Shown here: one piece after another, positions 7,999 through 23,020 of the stretch | Numbering within the stretch: the first letter of the stretch is position 1 | How the letters are laid out: each line of letters begins with the position of its first letter | DNA from: Paramoeba atlantica | Lineage: Eukaryota; Protista; Discosea | Direction of reading: 5' to 3' | Assembly (NCBI GenBank): GCA_977017575.1 | Contig: CDRNVI010000203.1 | Location: 1 to 64,000 of the forward strand | DNA: 64,000 nt | The notes under the pieces: generated by a model | Database searches by the model: none | What the model saw: the letters and a program-made list of their open reading frames with translations, nothing else | What the model was told of the DNA's origin: nothing | Position numbers and translations under genes: made by a program

Positions 7999-9264
7999 AT
8001 TATGCTAAGATTTATACTAAATTCAAGCATAAGATTGCACTAAGATTTCCTTCAGAAATTCAAGTGCAAATATCCGCTCAACTTATAAAATATAAGTGGC
8101 GTCTATATATTTAATCATTACAAAAATAATGAATTAAATAGATCATGATAAGATTTTTTACAAAAATTCAATCATGAAGCATACACTATAGTGTATGCAA
8201 ATTATTACAAAAATAATAATTTTAAAATTTTTTCTTCGAAATTCAAAGAAGAATTTATTCGAAAAAAATATAAATTTTAATGTTTACGTGTTTAACTACA
8301 ACTTAAATTTATATATATTTCGTTAAATTAAGAGAATAATTAAACGAAACTGTTACTCGGCAAAAATAAGGGAATTTTTGAGTAACAGACCGTTCAAATT
8401 GAAAACAAAAAAACAATTTGCACGGCAATTCTTGGGGTTTTTACGCCTCACGGCTTCGTGATTGGACTAAAGAGCAGGAGCGAGAGCAAGAAAGTTTGCA
8501 GGGGTAGTTGAGTTAGCTATTCCCGGTGGTAGCTAACCTCGATTCCTTAGTCTTTAGTTGTGATAATTTGGGATAGCGAAGTAAAATTTTTAAAGTTCGC
8601 TATCGACAATTATTGTTCTCTTTCATCTTTTGGCGTGCATTGCTAATTGATCCCAATAGACAATCACATTCAGAAATGATCGTTGCTATCCCTATATGTA
8701 TGTAAAATATCATACATAAGAATCAATAAGATCTATTTCGTCTCCTCTTTTTTCTTTTAAAATAGCAGGACTAATCTATATTATATAGTTATTATTCAAC
8801 TTTTTTAATTATATTTTATCTGCTTGAACACCATAGTTCGATAAAAAATAAATAAAAAGATGAATAAATAACTAAAAAATAAAGATAGACAAGAACAAGA
8901 ATAGTTTAGTTTAATTCCGTGTTAAATCCTCAATCCTTAAGTCGGATTTGTCACTCCATATACGATCAAACTTTATTTACTTAAATTTTTACAAAGATAG
9001 TAAAATTAAAAGTATAAAGATGATCTAGCTCACCAGTTTTATTTAAATTAAAATCTTACACAATGATTTTATATTTATAAACTACTCGCTTCCATCGACC
9101 CTCGACTTTGTTGAAGTTTGAGTGTTTGAGTTTACGATATTAAAGAGAAAAAAAATATTATTGCGCTCTATTGGTGGGGCTTTCGTTAAATTATTAAAAG
9201 CTCAACGTCATTGTTCGCGTTTTACGTTACACTCCACAAGCTAAACAAGTGCGTTCTGCCTTAA

Positions 9265-12200
9265 TAATCACTACCCCTCACCAAAAGGTCGCAATAATAT
9301 ATGTTTTTAGCGTTTAAGATCTGGAGACCATTTTCAAAATAGAAAATGTCAATCGCTTTTTTCTTACGCAAGTACGTCAAAAAAATCGTTTTTCTCCATG
9401 AGCTAAAACGAGTTAGTTCGATCGGGCTTTTTTTGATGCTTTTTTTGGATCGCAGCTTCAACAAAAAAAAATTTCCGCTGCTGTTTTCCAACAAAGAAAA
9501 TTATAAAAAAATAATTTTGTTGTTGTCAAATACGATCTTTTAAAATATAAAATTTTTTTTATCGTTATAAATTTTATTCCGACATAAATTTGTTGGAAAA
9601 GTAACAGTAAAAAGTTGTTAATGAAAAAAAAATAAATTCATTAACAACAACGTTGATGAAAAATAACAATCAACGCTGTTAAATTTCCAACAAAATAATG
9701 TCAGAAAAAAATTTCTGCCGAAATAATTTAGCTGATTAAATTTTTATCACGACAAAAATATTTTTTTGTTGATCAATTAAATCGTTATTAACAAAAAAGT
9801 TATAACGCTGTTAATTTTCCAACATAAAAATTTTTTATCTCTCAAAAAATATTTTTTGATGTTCAAAGTTATCGTTTGATAACAAAAAAGTTATAACGCT
9901 GTAACTTTTCCAACAAAAAAAATTTTTTTTCGTGTTAAAAATTATTTTTGATCAATAAAAATTATTTTCGATGTTCAAATTCATCGTTTGATAACAAAAA
10001 AGTTATAACGCTGTTAATTTTCCATCAAAAATTATTTTTTTTGCTTCAAAAATTTTTTTTAACATAAAAATTTATAATGATGATTACAAAATAAGTGTTG
10101 CAACTCAAAAAAGTTGTTTAACACTGTTAATTTTCCATCAACATCATAATTTTTATTTAAAAATTTTAATCAAAATCAATTTTATAAACATTTTTTGTAA
10201 AAAAATTAAAATTTTTACTGGAAAATTACGGTGAGATGCATAAAAATTAGATTTAAACATAAATTTATGCAAACTACCGTTTAATTTCCAACAAAATTTA
10301 AATTTTTTTCATTCAAAAATAGATTTTTTTAATTTTTCGCCGACAAAATTGAAAAAAAATTGAATTTTCATTCAAAAAGTTGTAAAATTGAGTCTCAGGA
10401 TGAAAAAGTGGAAAAAGACCACATTTTATCAATTCGACGCTAAATTAGCAAAAAATTTCAATTTCTACACCTAAATGACTGTAGAAATTGGTGTTTTCCT
10501 ACAATTTTGTGGAAACTCCTGACAAACACTGCTAAATTTCCAACAAAAAGTCAATTTGCAGGTGCTGCCCGTGGATTTTCCAACAAAATACTAGCAAAAC
10601 TACTCAAAATGCTATTTTTCCGGCAGAAAACCGTCAAAATCTGCTTTTTCTGGGCAGGAATGACAAAAACGGCCCAAAAAAGGCCCTGTCATTTTGCCCA
10701 AAAACGCAGTATTTTTTCCTGTTCTGGCCTGCAAATTAGCGGATGTCCAAGTGCCCCAAAAAAAGTGACTTGGACTCCGAGCCGACTCGAAAAGTCGTAT
10801 TTTCCGGCAGAAACGAAAAAATATGCCACATTTTGTCCGACGATTATTTACAACTTTTTCTCGCATCCCATCATAGCGATTTTGCGGATCTGCAAGTTGG
10901 GAGGGAACCAACTGCATTTTTTGGCCGTTTTGAACCCGTTTTGTAAAAAATCGCATATATAAACTCCATAATTTCCCCTCAGAAATCTGCCACTTTTGGA
11001 CGCCAAAAAGTGTTTTGCAGAATCTCGAGGGCAAAATAGGAGTTTTTTGACCCGATTTTGTGAACAAAACTGGCATCAAAAACTATTCCAAATGCTCCAA
11101 TCCGAATTTCAGCTATTGAACACTAAAAATGCTGAAAATCGCTATTTCGCACTGGAATTCCGCCAAAACTCCTTTTCAATGCGTATTTTGGGCGAGAAAA
11201 TCGTGAATTTTATAATTTTTAAACTTTTTTTTGTATAATTTATCATTTTTAGCGCGGATTTGTATAATTTCTCGCATAATTTATTAGTTTTATAGCGTTG
11301 TAGTTAAAATTTTCATAATTTTATCATCAAAGTCATCATTTTTCTATAATTTCAAACAAAATTATTAAAAAAAATGTTGTCTCAGACGAAAAAATTGCAT
11401 GAAAGTTGTTAAACAACACTAAAACTAAAAAAATATCCCGCAGAAATTAAAAAACCGTGATAAAAATTTATAAATTCAAAAGAAAAATTTAAAAATCTTA
11501 AAAATTTATGATGAAATCATCTTCTTTGTACCAAAATCAGATGTAAACATCAAAAAATTTTTTTAAAATCACTAGTTGAAACCATCGTCTATGGTTTCTT
11601 TTGTTAATGATCAATGTTTTCATTTCATTCATAACATTTTCACGTTAACTTCGTTCAACTAACTTGAATTTTATTAAAATTATGATTCATAAAATAATTT
11701 TTTCATTGCTAAAAATAAAACCGCAATGGAAATTATTATGAAACAAGTTTTAATAATTCAAACTTAAGTTTGAACTCGAGTTATAAAATTTTAATAACAT
11801 TAATATATACTTTTAAATAACTTCTATAATTAATTCAAAAGAGAATTTATAATTAAGAACTTATAAAACTATATTTAATGATTTAAAACTTAATAACTTG
11901 TTGTAATGTTTTCAATATAATAATATATTTACGATATATTATCTTCTTTGTTCCAAAATCAGATGTTGATTATCGTACATTCTTATTACATGAAAACATA
12001 ACAACATAAAGAATACAATAGGCACTCCTTACATTTAAATGCCCTTAATATAATTTATCGATATATTTAATTACACAAATAATTTAAAATATAATTTATA
12101 AAATATTAATAAAGTTCATGTAAAATGTAAGAAGTTACCCTAGTTTTCCTGGTATTGTGAGTATGTTTTCATGTAATAAACATGTACGATAATCAACATC

Positions 12201-13873
12201 TGATTTTGACTCAAAGCAGAGTAATCATCGTTAAATATCGTTACAAAGTTATTACAAATAAAACATAAATCACTAATAACAGGAAAATATTAAATACAAA
12301 AATATTTAATAAACTTCGATGCAAAAAAGCATCTTGACAATCTCTGTGTTTTTGTTAAAAAAAATAGCGTAAAACTACAAAACCATATATATAAAATGAA
12401 AAGTGTATAAAAAAGAAAAGCATACACTTTGATACATTCAATCGAAAAATATCTCAATCATGTATCATTAATTTTAGTATATATGGTAGGAGTTTTACCT
12501 TTACAGTGCTATTAGTCATGTTTTCATGTAATAAGAATGTACGATAATCAACATCTGATTTGCACTCAAAGTAGAGTAATCATCGTTAAATATCAGTACA
12601 AAGTCATTACAAGAAAACTAAAGATTAAAGCACTGTAAAATTGCACTAAGATTTCCTTCAGAAATTCAAGTGCAAATATCCGCCCAACTTATAAAATATA
12701 AGTGGCGTCTATATATATTTTTTTATCGAAAAAAACGATAAATAAATAAAGATCATGATAAGATTTCTACGAAATTCAATCATGAAGCATACACTATAGT
12801 GTATGCAAATTATTACAAAAATAATAATTTTAAAATTTTTTCTTCGAAATTCAAAGAAGAATTTATTCGAAAAAAATATAAATTTTAATGTTTTCGTGTT
12901 TAACTACAACTTAAATTTATATATATTTCGTTAAATTAAGAGAATAATTAAACGAAACTGTTACTCGGCAAAAATAAGGGAATTTTTGAGTAACAGACCG
13001 TTCAAATTGAAAACAAAAAAACAATTTGCACGGCAATTCTTGGGGTTTTTACGCCTCACGGCTTCGTGATTGGACTAAAGAGCAGGAGCGAGAGCAAGAA
13101 AGTTTGCAGGGGTAGTTGAGTTAGCTATTCCCGGTGGAAGCTAACCTCGATTCTTTAGTCTTTAGTTGTGGTAATTTGGGATAGTGAAGTAAAATTTTTA
13201 AAGTTCACTATCGACAATTACTATTCTCTTTCATCTTTTGGCGTGCATTGCTAATTGATCCCAATAGACAATCACATTCAGAAATGATCGTTGCTATCCC
13301 TATATGTATGTAAAATATCATACATAAGAATCAATAAGATCTATTTCGTCTCCTCTTTCATCCTTTTAACATAGCAAGACTAATCTATATTATATAATTA
13401 TTATTCAACTTTTTTAATTATATTTTATCTGCTTGAACACCATAGTTCGATAAAAAATAAATAAAAAGATGAATAAATAACTAAAAAATAAAGATAGACA
13501 AGAACAAGAATAGTTTAGTTTAATTCCGTGTTAAATCCTCAATCCTTAAGTCGGATTTGTCACTCCATATACGATCAAACTTTATTTACTTAAATTTTTA
13601 CAAAGATAGTAAAATTAAAAGTATAAAGATGATCTAGCTCACCAGTTTTATTTAAATTAAAATCTTACACAATGATTTTATATTTATAAACTACTCGCTT
13701 CCATCGACCCTCGACTTTGTTGAAGTTTAAGTTTTTGAGTTTACGATATTAAAGAGAAAAAAAATATTATTGCGCTCTATTGGTGGGGCTTTCGTTAAAT
13801 TATTAAAAGCTCAACGTCATTGTTCGCGTTTTACGTTACACTCCACAAGCTAAACAAGTGCGTTCTGCCTTAA
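9265..13873. repeat. Unit 3, type A
   Basis: A cassette zone at ~11896-12785; period 4609. Confidence 0.95.
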
Positions 13874-16506
13874 TAATCACTACCCCTCACCAAAAGGTCG
13901 CAATAATATATGTTTTTAGCGTTTAAGATCTGGAGACCATTTTCAAAATAGAAAATGTCAATCGCTTTTTTCTTACGCAAGTACGTCAAAAAAATCGTTT
14001 TTCTCCATGAGCTAAAACGAGTTAGTTCGATCGGGCTTTTTTTGATGCTTTTTTTGGATCGCAGCTTCAACAAAAAAAAATTTCTGCTGCTGTTTTCCAA
14101 CAAAGAAAATTATAAAAAAATAATTTTGTTGTTGTCAAATACGATCTTTTAAAATATAAAATTTTTTTTATCGTTATAAATTTTATTCCAACATAAATTT
14201 GTTGGAAAAGTAACAGTAAAAAGTTGTTAATGAAAAAAAATAAATTCATTAACAACAACGTTGATGAAAAATATCAATCAACGCTGTTAAATTTCCAACA
14301 AAATAATGTCAGAAAAAAATTTCTGCCGAAATAATTTAGCTGATTAAATTTTTATCACGACAAAAATATTTTTTTGTGGATCAATTAAATCGTTATTAAC
14401 AAAAAAGTTATAACGCTGTTAATTTTCCAACCTAAAAATTTTTTATCTCTCAAAAAATATTTTTTGATGTTCAAAGTTATCGTTTGATAACAAAAAAGTT
14501 ATAACGCTGTAACTTTTCCAACAAAAAAAATTTTTTTTCGTGTTAAAAATTATTTTTGATCAATAAAAATTATTTTCGATGTTCAAATTCATCGTTTGAT
14601 AACAAAAAAGTTATAACGCTGTTAATTTTCCATCAAAAATTATTTTTTTTTGCTTCAAAAATTTTTTTTAACATAAAAATTTATAATGATGATTACAAAA
14701 TAAGTGTTGCAACTCAAAAAAGTTGTTTAACACTGTTAATTTTCCATCAACATCATAATTTTTATTTAAAAATTTTAATCAAGATCAATTTTATAAACAT
14801 TTTTTGTAAAAAAATTAAAATTTTTACTGGAAAATTACGGTGAGATGCATAAAAATTAGATTTAAACATAAATTTATGCAAACTACCGTTTAATTTCCAA
14901 CAAAATTTAAATTTTTTTCATTCAAAAATAGATTTTTTTAATTTTTCGCCGACAAAATTGAAAAAAAATTGAATTTTCATTCAAAAAGTTGTAAAATTGA
15001 GTCTCAGGATGAAAAAGTGGAAAAAGACCACATTTTATCAATTCGACGCTAAATTAGCAAAAAATTTCAATTTCTACACCTAAATGACTGTAGAAATTGG
15101 TGTTTTCCTACAATTTTGTGGAAATCCCTGACAAACACTGCTAAATTTCCAACAAAAAGTCAATTTGCAGGTGCTGCCCGTGGATTTTCCAACAAAATAC
15201 TAGCAAAACTACTCAAAATGCTATTTTTCCGGCAGAAAACCGTCAAAATCTGCTTTTTCTGGGCAGGAATGACAAAAACGGCCCAAAAAAGGCCCTGTCA
15301 TTTTGCCCAAAAACGCAGTATTTTTTCCTGTTCTGGCCTGCAAATTAGCGGATGTCCAAAGCCCCCAAAAAAAGTGACTTGGACTCCGAGCCGACTCGAA
15401 AAGTCGTATTTTCCGGCAGAAACGAAAAAATATGCCACATTTTGTCCGACGATTATTTACAACTTTTTCTCGCATCCCATCATGGCGATTTTGCGGATCT
15501 GCAGGTTGGGAGGGAGCCAACTGCATTTTTTGGCCGTTTTGAACCCGTTTTGTAAAAAATCGCATATATAAACTCCATAATTTCCCCTCAGAAATCTGCC
15601 ACTTTTGGAGGCCAAAAAGTGTTTTGCAGAATCTCGAGGGCAAAATAGGAGTTTTTTGACCCGATTTTGTGAACAAAACTGGCATCAAAAACTATTCCAA
15701 ATGCTCCAATCCGAATTTCAGCTATTGAACACTAAAAATGCTGAAAATCGCTATTTCGCACTGGAATTCCGCCAAAACTCCTTTTCAATGCGTATTTTGG
15801 GCGAGAAAACCGTCGATTTTATAATTTTTAAACTTTTTTTTGTATAATTTATCATTTTTAGCGCGGATTTCTATAATTTCTCGCATAATTTATTAGTTTT
15901 ATAGCGTTGTAGTTAAAATTTTCATAATTTTATCATCAAAGTCATCATTTTTCTATAATTTCAAACAAAATTATTAAAAAAAATGTTGTCTCAGACGAAA
16001 AAATTGCATGAAAGTTGTTAAACAACACTAAAACTAAAAAAATATCCCGCAGAAATTAAAAAACCGTGATAAAAATTTATAAATTCAAAAGAAAAATTTA
16101 AAAATCTTAAAAATTTATGATGAAATCATCTTCTTTGTACCAAAATCAGATGTAAACATCAAAAAATTTTTTTAAAATCACTAGCTGAAACCATCGTCTA
16201 TGGTTTCTTTTGTTAATGATCAATGTTTTCATTTCATTCATAACATTTTCACGTTAACTTCGTTCAACTAACTTGAATTTTATTAAAATTATGATTCATA
16301 AAATAATTTTTTCATTGCTAAAAATAGAATCGCAATGGAAATTATTATGAAACAAGTTTTAATAATTCAAACTTAAGTTTGAACTCGAGTTATAAAATTT
16401 TAATAACATTAATATATACTTTTAAATAACTTCTATAATTAATTCAAAAGAGAATTTATAATTATGAACTTATAAAACTATATTTAATGATTTAAAAATT
16501 TAATAA

Positions 16507-16617
16507 CTTGTTCTAATGTTTTCAATGTAATACGATATTTACGATATATGATCTTCTTTGTTCCAAAATCAGATGTTGATTATCGTACATTCTTATTACA
16601 TGAAAACAAAGAACAGC
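16507..16617 (-). ncRNA. Candidate hairpin RNA C1
   Basis: TGTTCTAATGTTTTCA pairs with TGAAAACAAAGAACA (A1 has TGTTGT/ACAACA at the same place, i.e. covariation). Also in units 6, 7, 8, 10 and 14. Confidence 0.55.
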
Positions 16618-17027
16618 TACGGATAAGAACTGAAATGCCTTCCATATACCGAGATACTTTAAATTGATTATAGATAAATTTTCTAAAATATTTAATTACA
16701 AAAATAATTTAAAATATTATTTACAAAACTTATAAATATAATCAATAAAAGTATACGTTATAAAGGAGCGCATAGTTCCTATCACTTTTAAATACGCTAT
16801 TTTCCTTGATAAAAAAAATCACTGGAAAATTAGCAGTCTTTAAAGAACTTCGATACAAAAAAGTATCTTGACAATCTCTGTTGTTTTTGTTACAAAAAAA
16901 TAGTAAATAACTTCAAACATATATACAAAATTAAACGTGTATAAAAAAAGAAAAACATACACTTTGATACATTCAATCAAAAAAGATCTCAATCATGTAT
17001 CATTAACTTTAGCATATATGTAAGAAG

Positions 17028-17174
17028 TTCCTTGGTGATTAATTCTTTTACGGTTTTCATGTAATAAACATGTACGATAATCAACATCTGATTTTAACTC
17101 AAAGCAGAGTAATCATCGTTAAATATCGTACAAAAGTTATTACAAAGAAAACTGCTAAGAATTATCATCAGGAA
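17028..17174 (+). ncRNA. Candidate hairpin RNA C2
   Basis: TTCCTTGGTGATTAATTCTTTTACGGTTTTC pairs with GAAAACTGCTAAGAATTATCATCAGGAA, with two G.T pairs on the + strand; same scaffold. Confidence 0.62.
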
Positions 17175-18411
17175 ATTGCACTAAGATTTCCTTCAGAAAT
17201 TCAAGTACAAATATCCGCTTAACTTATAAAAAGATATAAGTAGCTTCTATATATATTTTTTTATCGAAAAAACGATAAATAAATAAAGATCATGATAAGA
17301 TTTCTACGAAATTCAATCATGAAGCATACACTATAGTGTATGCAAATTATTACAAAAATAATAATTTTAAAATTTTTTTCTTCGTAATTCAAAGAAGAAT
17401 TTACTTGAAAAAAAATATAAATTTTAATGTTTTCGTGTTTAACTACAACTTAAATTTATATATATTTCGTTAAATTAAGAGAATAATTAAACGAAACTGT
17501 TACTCGGCAAAAATAAGGGAATTTTTGAGTAACAGACCGTTCAAATTGAAAACAAAAAAACAATTTGCACGGCAATTCTTGGGGTTTTTACGCCTCACGG
17601 CTTCGTGATCGGACTAAAGAGCAGTAGCGAGAGCAAGAAAGTTTGCAGGGGTAGTTGAGTTAGCTATTCCCGGTGGTAGCTAACCTCGATTCCTTAGTCT
17701 TTAGTTGTGGTAATTTGGGATAGCGAAGTAAAATTTTTAAAGTTCGCTATCGACAATTACTATTCTCTTTCATCTTTTGGCGTGCATTGCTAATTGATCC
17801 CAATAGACAATCACATTCAGAAACGATCGTAGCTTTACCTATATGTATGTAAAATATCATACATAAGAATCAATAAGATCTGTTTCGTCTCCTCTTTTTT
17901 CTTTTAAAATAGCAGGACTAATCTATATTATATAATTATTATTCAACTTTTTTAATTATATTTTATCTGCTTGAACACCATAGTTCGATAAAAAATAAAT
18001 AAAAAGATGAATAAATAACTAAAAAATAAAGATAGACAAGAACAAGAATAGTTTAGTTTAATTCCGTGTTAAATCCTCAATCCTTAAGTCGGATTTGTCA
18101 CTCCATATACGATCAAACTTTATTTACTTAAATTTTTACAAAGATAGTAAAATTAAAAGTATAAAGATGATCTAGCTCACCAGTTTTATTTAAATTAAAA
18201 TCTTACACAATGATTTTATATTTATAAACTACTCGCTTCCATCGACCCTCGACTTTGTTGAAGTTTAAGTTTTTGAGTTTACGATATTAAAGAGAAAAAA
18301 AATATTATTGCGCTCTATTGGTGGGGCTTTCGTTAGATTATTAAAAGCTCAACGTCATTGTTCGCGTTTTACGTTACACTCCACAAGCTAAACAAGTGCG
18401 TTCTGCCTTAA

Positions 18412-21400
18412 TAATCACTACCCCTCACCAAAAGGTCGCAATAATATATGTTTTTAGCGTTTAAGATCTGGAGACCATTTTCAAAATAGAAAATGTCAAT
18501 CGCTTTTTTCTTACGCAAGTACGTCAAAAAAATCGTTTTTCTCCATGAGCTAAAACGAGTTAGTTCGATCGGGCTTTTTTTGATGCTTTTTTTGGATCGC
18601 AGCTTCAACAAAAAAAAATTTCCGCTGCTGTTTTCCAACAAAGAAAATTATAAAAAAATAATTTTGTTGTTGTCAAATACGATCTTTTAAAATATAAAAT
18701 TTTTTTTATCGTTATAAATTTTATTCCGACATAAATTTGTTGGAAAAGTAACAGTAAAAAGTTGTTAATGAAAAAAAAATAAATTCATTAACAACAACGT
18801 TGATGAAAAATAACAATCAACGCTGTTAAATTTCCAACAAAATAATGTCAGAAAAAAATTTCTGCCGAAATAATTTAGCTGATTAAATTTTTATCACGAC
18901 AAAAATATTTTTTTGTTGATCAATTAAATCGTTATTAACAAAAAAGTTATAACGCTGTTAATTTTCCAACATAAAAATTTTTTATCTCTCAAAAAATATT
19001 TTTTGATGTTCAAAGTTATCGTTTGATAACAAAAAAGTTATAACGCTGTAACTTTTCCAACAAAAAAAATTTTTTTTCGTGTTAAAAATTATTTTTGATC
19101 AATAAAAATTATTTTCGATGTTCAAATTCATCGTTTGATAACAAAAAAGTTATAACGCTGTTAATTTTCCATCAAAAATTATTTTTTTTGCTTCAAAAAT
19201 TTTTTTTAACATAAAAATTTATAATGATGATTACAAAATAAGTGTTGCAACTCAAAAAAGTTGTTTAACACTGTTAATTTTCCATCAACATCATAATTTT
19301 TATTTAAAAATTTTAATCAAAATCAATTTTATAAACATTTTTTGTAAAAAAATTAAAATTTTTACTGGAAAATTACGGTGAGATGCATAAAAATTAGATT
19401 TAAACATAAATTTATGCAAACTACCGTTTAATTTCCAACAAAATTTAAATTTTTTTCATTCAAAAATAGATTTTTTTAATTTTTCGCCGACAAAATTGAA
19501 AAAAAATTGAATTTTCATTCAAAAAGTTGTAAAATTGAGTCTCAGGATGAAAAAGTGGAAAAAGACCACATTTTATCAATTCGACGCTAAATTAGCAAAA
19601 AATTTCAATTTCTACACCTAAATGACTGTAGAAATTGGTGTTTTCCTACAATTTTGTGGAAACTCCTGACAAACACTGCTAAATTTCCAACAAAAAGTCA
19701 ATTTGCAGGTGCTGCCCGTGGATTTTCCAACAAAATACTAGCAAAACTACTCAAAATGCTATTTTTCCGGCAGAAAACCGTCAAAATCTGCTTTTTCTGG
19801 GCAGGAATGACAAAAACGGCCCAAAAAAGGCCCTGTCATTTTGCCCAAAAACGCAGTATTTTTTCCTGTTCTGGCCTGCAAATTAGCGGATGTCCAAGTG
19901 CCCCAAAAAAAGTGACTTGGACTCCGAGCCGACTCGAAAAGTCGTATTTTCCGGCAGAAACGAAAAAATATGCCACATTTTGTCCGACGATTATTTACAA
20001 CTTTTTCTCGCATCCCATCATAGCGATTTTGCGGATCTGCAAGTTGGGAGGGAACCAACTGCATTTTTTGGCCGTTTTGAACCCGTTTTGTAAAAAATCG
20101 CATATATAAACTCCATAATTTCCCCTCAGAAATCTGCCACTTTTGGACGCCAAAAAGTGTTTTGCAGAATCTCGAGGGCAAAATAGGAGTTTTTTGACCC
20201 GATTTTGTGAACAAAACTGGCATCAAAAACTATTCCAAATGCTCCAATCCGAATTTCAGCTATTGAACACTAAAAATGCTGAAAATCGCTATTTCGCACT
20301 GGAATTCCGCCAAAACTCCTTTTCAATGCGTATTTTGGGCGAGAAAATCGTGAATTTTATAATTTTTAAACTTTTTTTTGTATAATTTATCATTTTTAGC
20401 GCGGATTTGTATAATTTCTCGCATAATTTATTAGTTTTATAGCGTTGTAGTTAAAATTTTCATAATTTTATCATCAAAGTCATCATTTTTCTATAATTTC
20501 AAACAAAATTATTAAAAAAAATGTTGTCTCAGACGAAAAAATTGCATGAAAGTTGTTAAACAACACTAAAACTAAAAAAATATCCCGCAGAAATTAAAAA
20601 ACCGTGATAAAAATTTATAAATTCAAAAGAAAAATTTAAAAATCTTAAAAATTTATGATGAAATCATCTTCTTTGTACCAAAATCAGATGTAAACATCAA
20701 AAAATTTTTTTAAAATCACTAGTTGAAACCATCGTCTATGGTTTCTTTTGTTAATGATCAATGTTTTCATTTCATTCATAACATTTTCACGTTAACTTCG
20801 TTCAACTAACTTGAATTTTATTAAAATTATGATTCATAAAATAATTTTTTCATTGCTAAAAATAAAACCGCAATGGAAATTATTATGAAACAAGTTTTAA
20901 TAATTCAAACTTAAGTTTGAACTCGAGTTATAAAATTTTAATAACATTAATATATACTTTTAAATAACTTCTATAATTAATTCAAAAGAGAATTTATAAT
21001 TAAGAACTTATAAAACTATATTTAATGATTTAAAACTTAATAACTTGTTGTAATGTTTTCAATATAATAATATATTTACGATATATTATCTTCTTTGTTC
21101 CAAAATCAGATGTTGATTATCGTACATTCTTATTACATGAAAACATAACAACATAAAGAATACAATAGGCACTCCTTACATTTAAATGCCCTTAATATAA
21201 TTTATCGATATATTTAATTACACAAATAATTTAAAATATAATTTATAAAATATTAATAAAGTTCATGTAAAATGTAAGAAGTTACCCTAGTTTTCCTGGT
21301 ATTGTGAGTATGTTTTCATGTAATAAACATGTACGATAATCAACATCTGATTTTGACTCAAAGCAGAGTAATCATCGTTAAATATCGTTACAAAGTTATT

Positions 21401-23020
21401 ACAAATAAAACATAAATCACTAATAACAGGAAAATATTAAATACAAAAATATTTAATAAACTTCGATGCAAAAAAGCATCTTGACAATCTCTGTGTTTTT
21501 GTTAAAAAAAATAGCGTAAAACTACAAAACCATATATATAAAATGAAAAGTGTATAAAAAAGAAAAGCATACACTTTGATACATTCAATCGAAAAATATC
21601 TCAATCATGTATCATTAATTTTAGTATATATGGTAGGAGTTTTACCTTTACAGTGCTATTAGTCATGTTTTCATGTAATAAGAATGTACGATAATCAACA
21701 TCTGATTTGCACTCAAAGTAGAGTAATCATCGTTAAATATCAGTACAAAGTCATTACAAGAAAACTAAAGATTAAAGCACTGTAAAATTGCACTAAGATT
21801 TCCTTCAGAAATTCAAGTGCAAATATCCGCCCAACTTATAAAATATAAGTGGCGTCTATATATATTTTTTTATCGAAAAAAACGATAAATAAATAAAGAT
21901 CATGATAAGATTTCTACGAAATTCAATCATGAAGCATACACTATAGTGTATGCAAATTATTACAAAAATAATAATTTTAAAATTTTTTCTTCGAAATTCA
22001 AAGAAGAATTTATTCGAAAAAAATATAAATTTTAATGTTTTCGTGTTTAACTACAACTTAAATTTATATATATTTCGTTAAATTAAGAGAATAATTAAAC
22101 GAAACTGTTACTCGGCAAAAATAAGGGAATTTTTGAGTAACAGACCGTTCAAATTGAAAACAAAAAAACAATTTGCACGGCAATTCTTGGGGTTTTTACG
22201 CCTCACGGCTTCGTGATTGGACTAAAGAGCAGGAGCGAGAGCAAGAAAGTTTGCAGGGGTAGTTGAGTTAGCTATTCCCGGTGGAAGCTAACCTCGATTC
22301 TTTAGTCTTTAGTTGTGGTAATTTGGGATAGTGAAGTAAAATTTTTAAAGTTCACTATCGACAATTACTATTCTCTTTCATCTTTTGGCGTGCATTGCTA
22401 ATTGATCCCAATAGACAATCACATTCAGAAATGATCGTTGCTATCCCTATATGTATGTAAAATATCATACATAAGAATCAATAAGATCTATTTCGTCTCC
22501 TCTTTCATCCTTTTAACATAGCAAGACTAATCTATATTATATAATTATTATTCAACTTTTTTAATTATATTTTATCTGCTTGAACACCATAGTTCGATAA
22601 AAAATAAATAAAAAGATGAATAAATAACTAAAAAATAAAGATAGACAAGAACAAGAATAGTTTAGTTTAATTCCGTGTTAAATCCTCAATCCTTAAGTCG
22701 GATTTGTCACTCCATATACGATCAAACTTTATTTACTTAAATTTTTACAAAGATAGTAAAATTAAAAGTATAAAGATGATCTAGCTCACCAGTTTTATTT
22801 AAATTAAAATCTTACACAATGATTTTATATTTATAAACTACTCGCTTCCATCGACCCTCGACTTTGTTGAAGTTTAAGTTTTTGAGTTTACGATATTAAA
22901 GAGAAAAAAAATATTATTGCGCTCTATTGGTGGGGCTTTCGTTAAATTATTAAAAGCTCAACGTCATTGTTCGCGTTTTACGTTACACTCCACAAGCTAA
23001 ACAAGTGCGTTCTGCCTTAA
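18412..23020. repeat. Unit 5, type A
   Basis: A cassette zone at ~21043-21932. Confidence 0.95.

Larger units (their letters stand above)
4610..9264. repeat. Unit 2, type B
   Basis: Central zone carries hairpins B1, B2 and B3; B-specific alleles (GGGTGTTT, ACTTGCAC, TCTAAAGTGG); period 4655. Confidence 0.95.
13874..18411. repeat. Unit 4, type C
   Basis: Hairpins C1 and C2 plus a short remnant hairpin; C alleles (TCTGCTG, CCAAAGCCCCC); period 4538. Confidence 0.95.
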
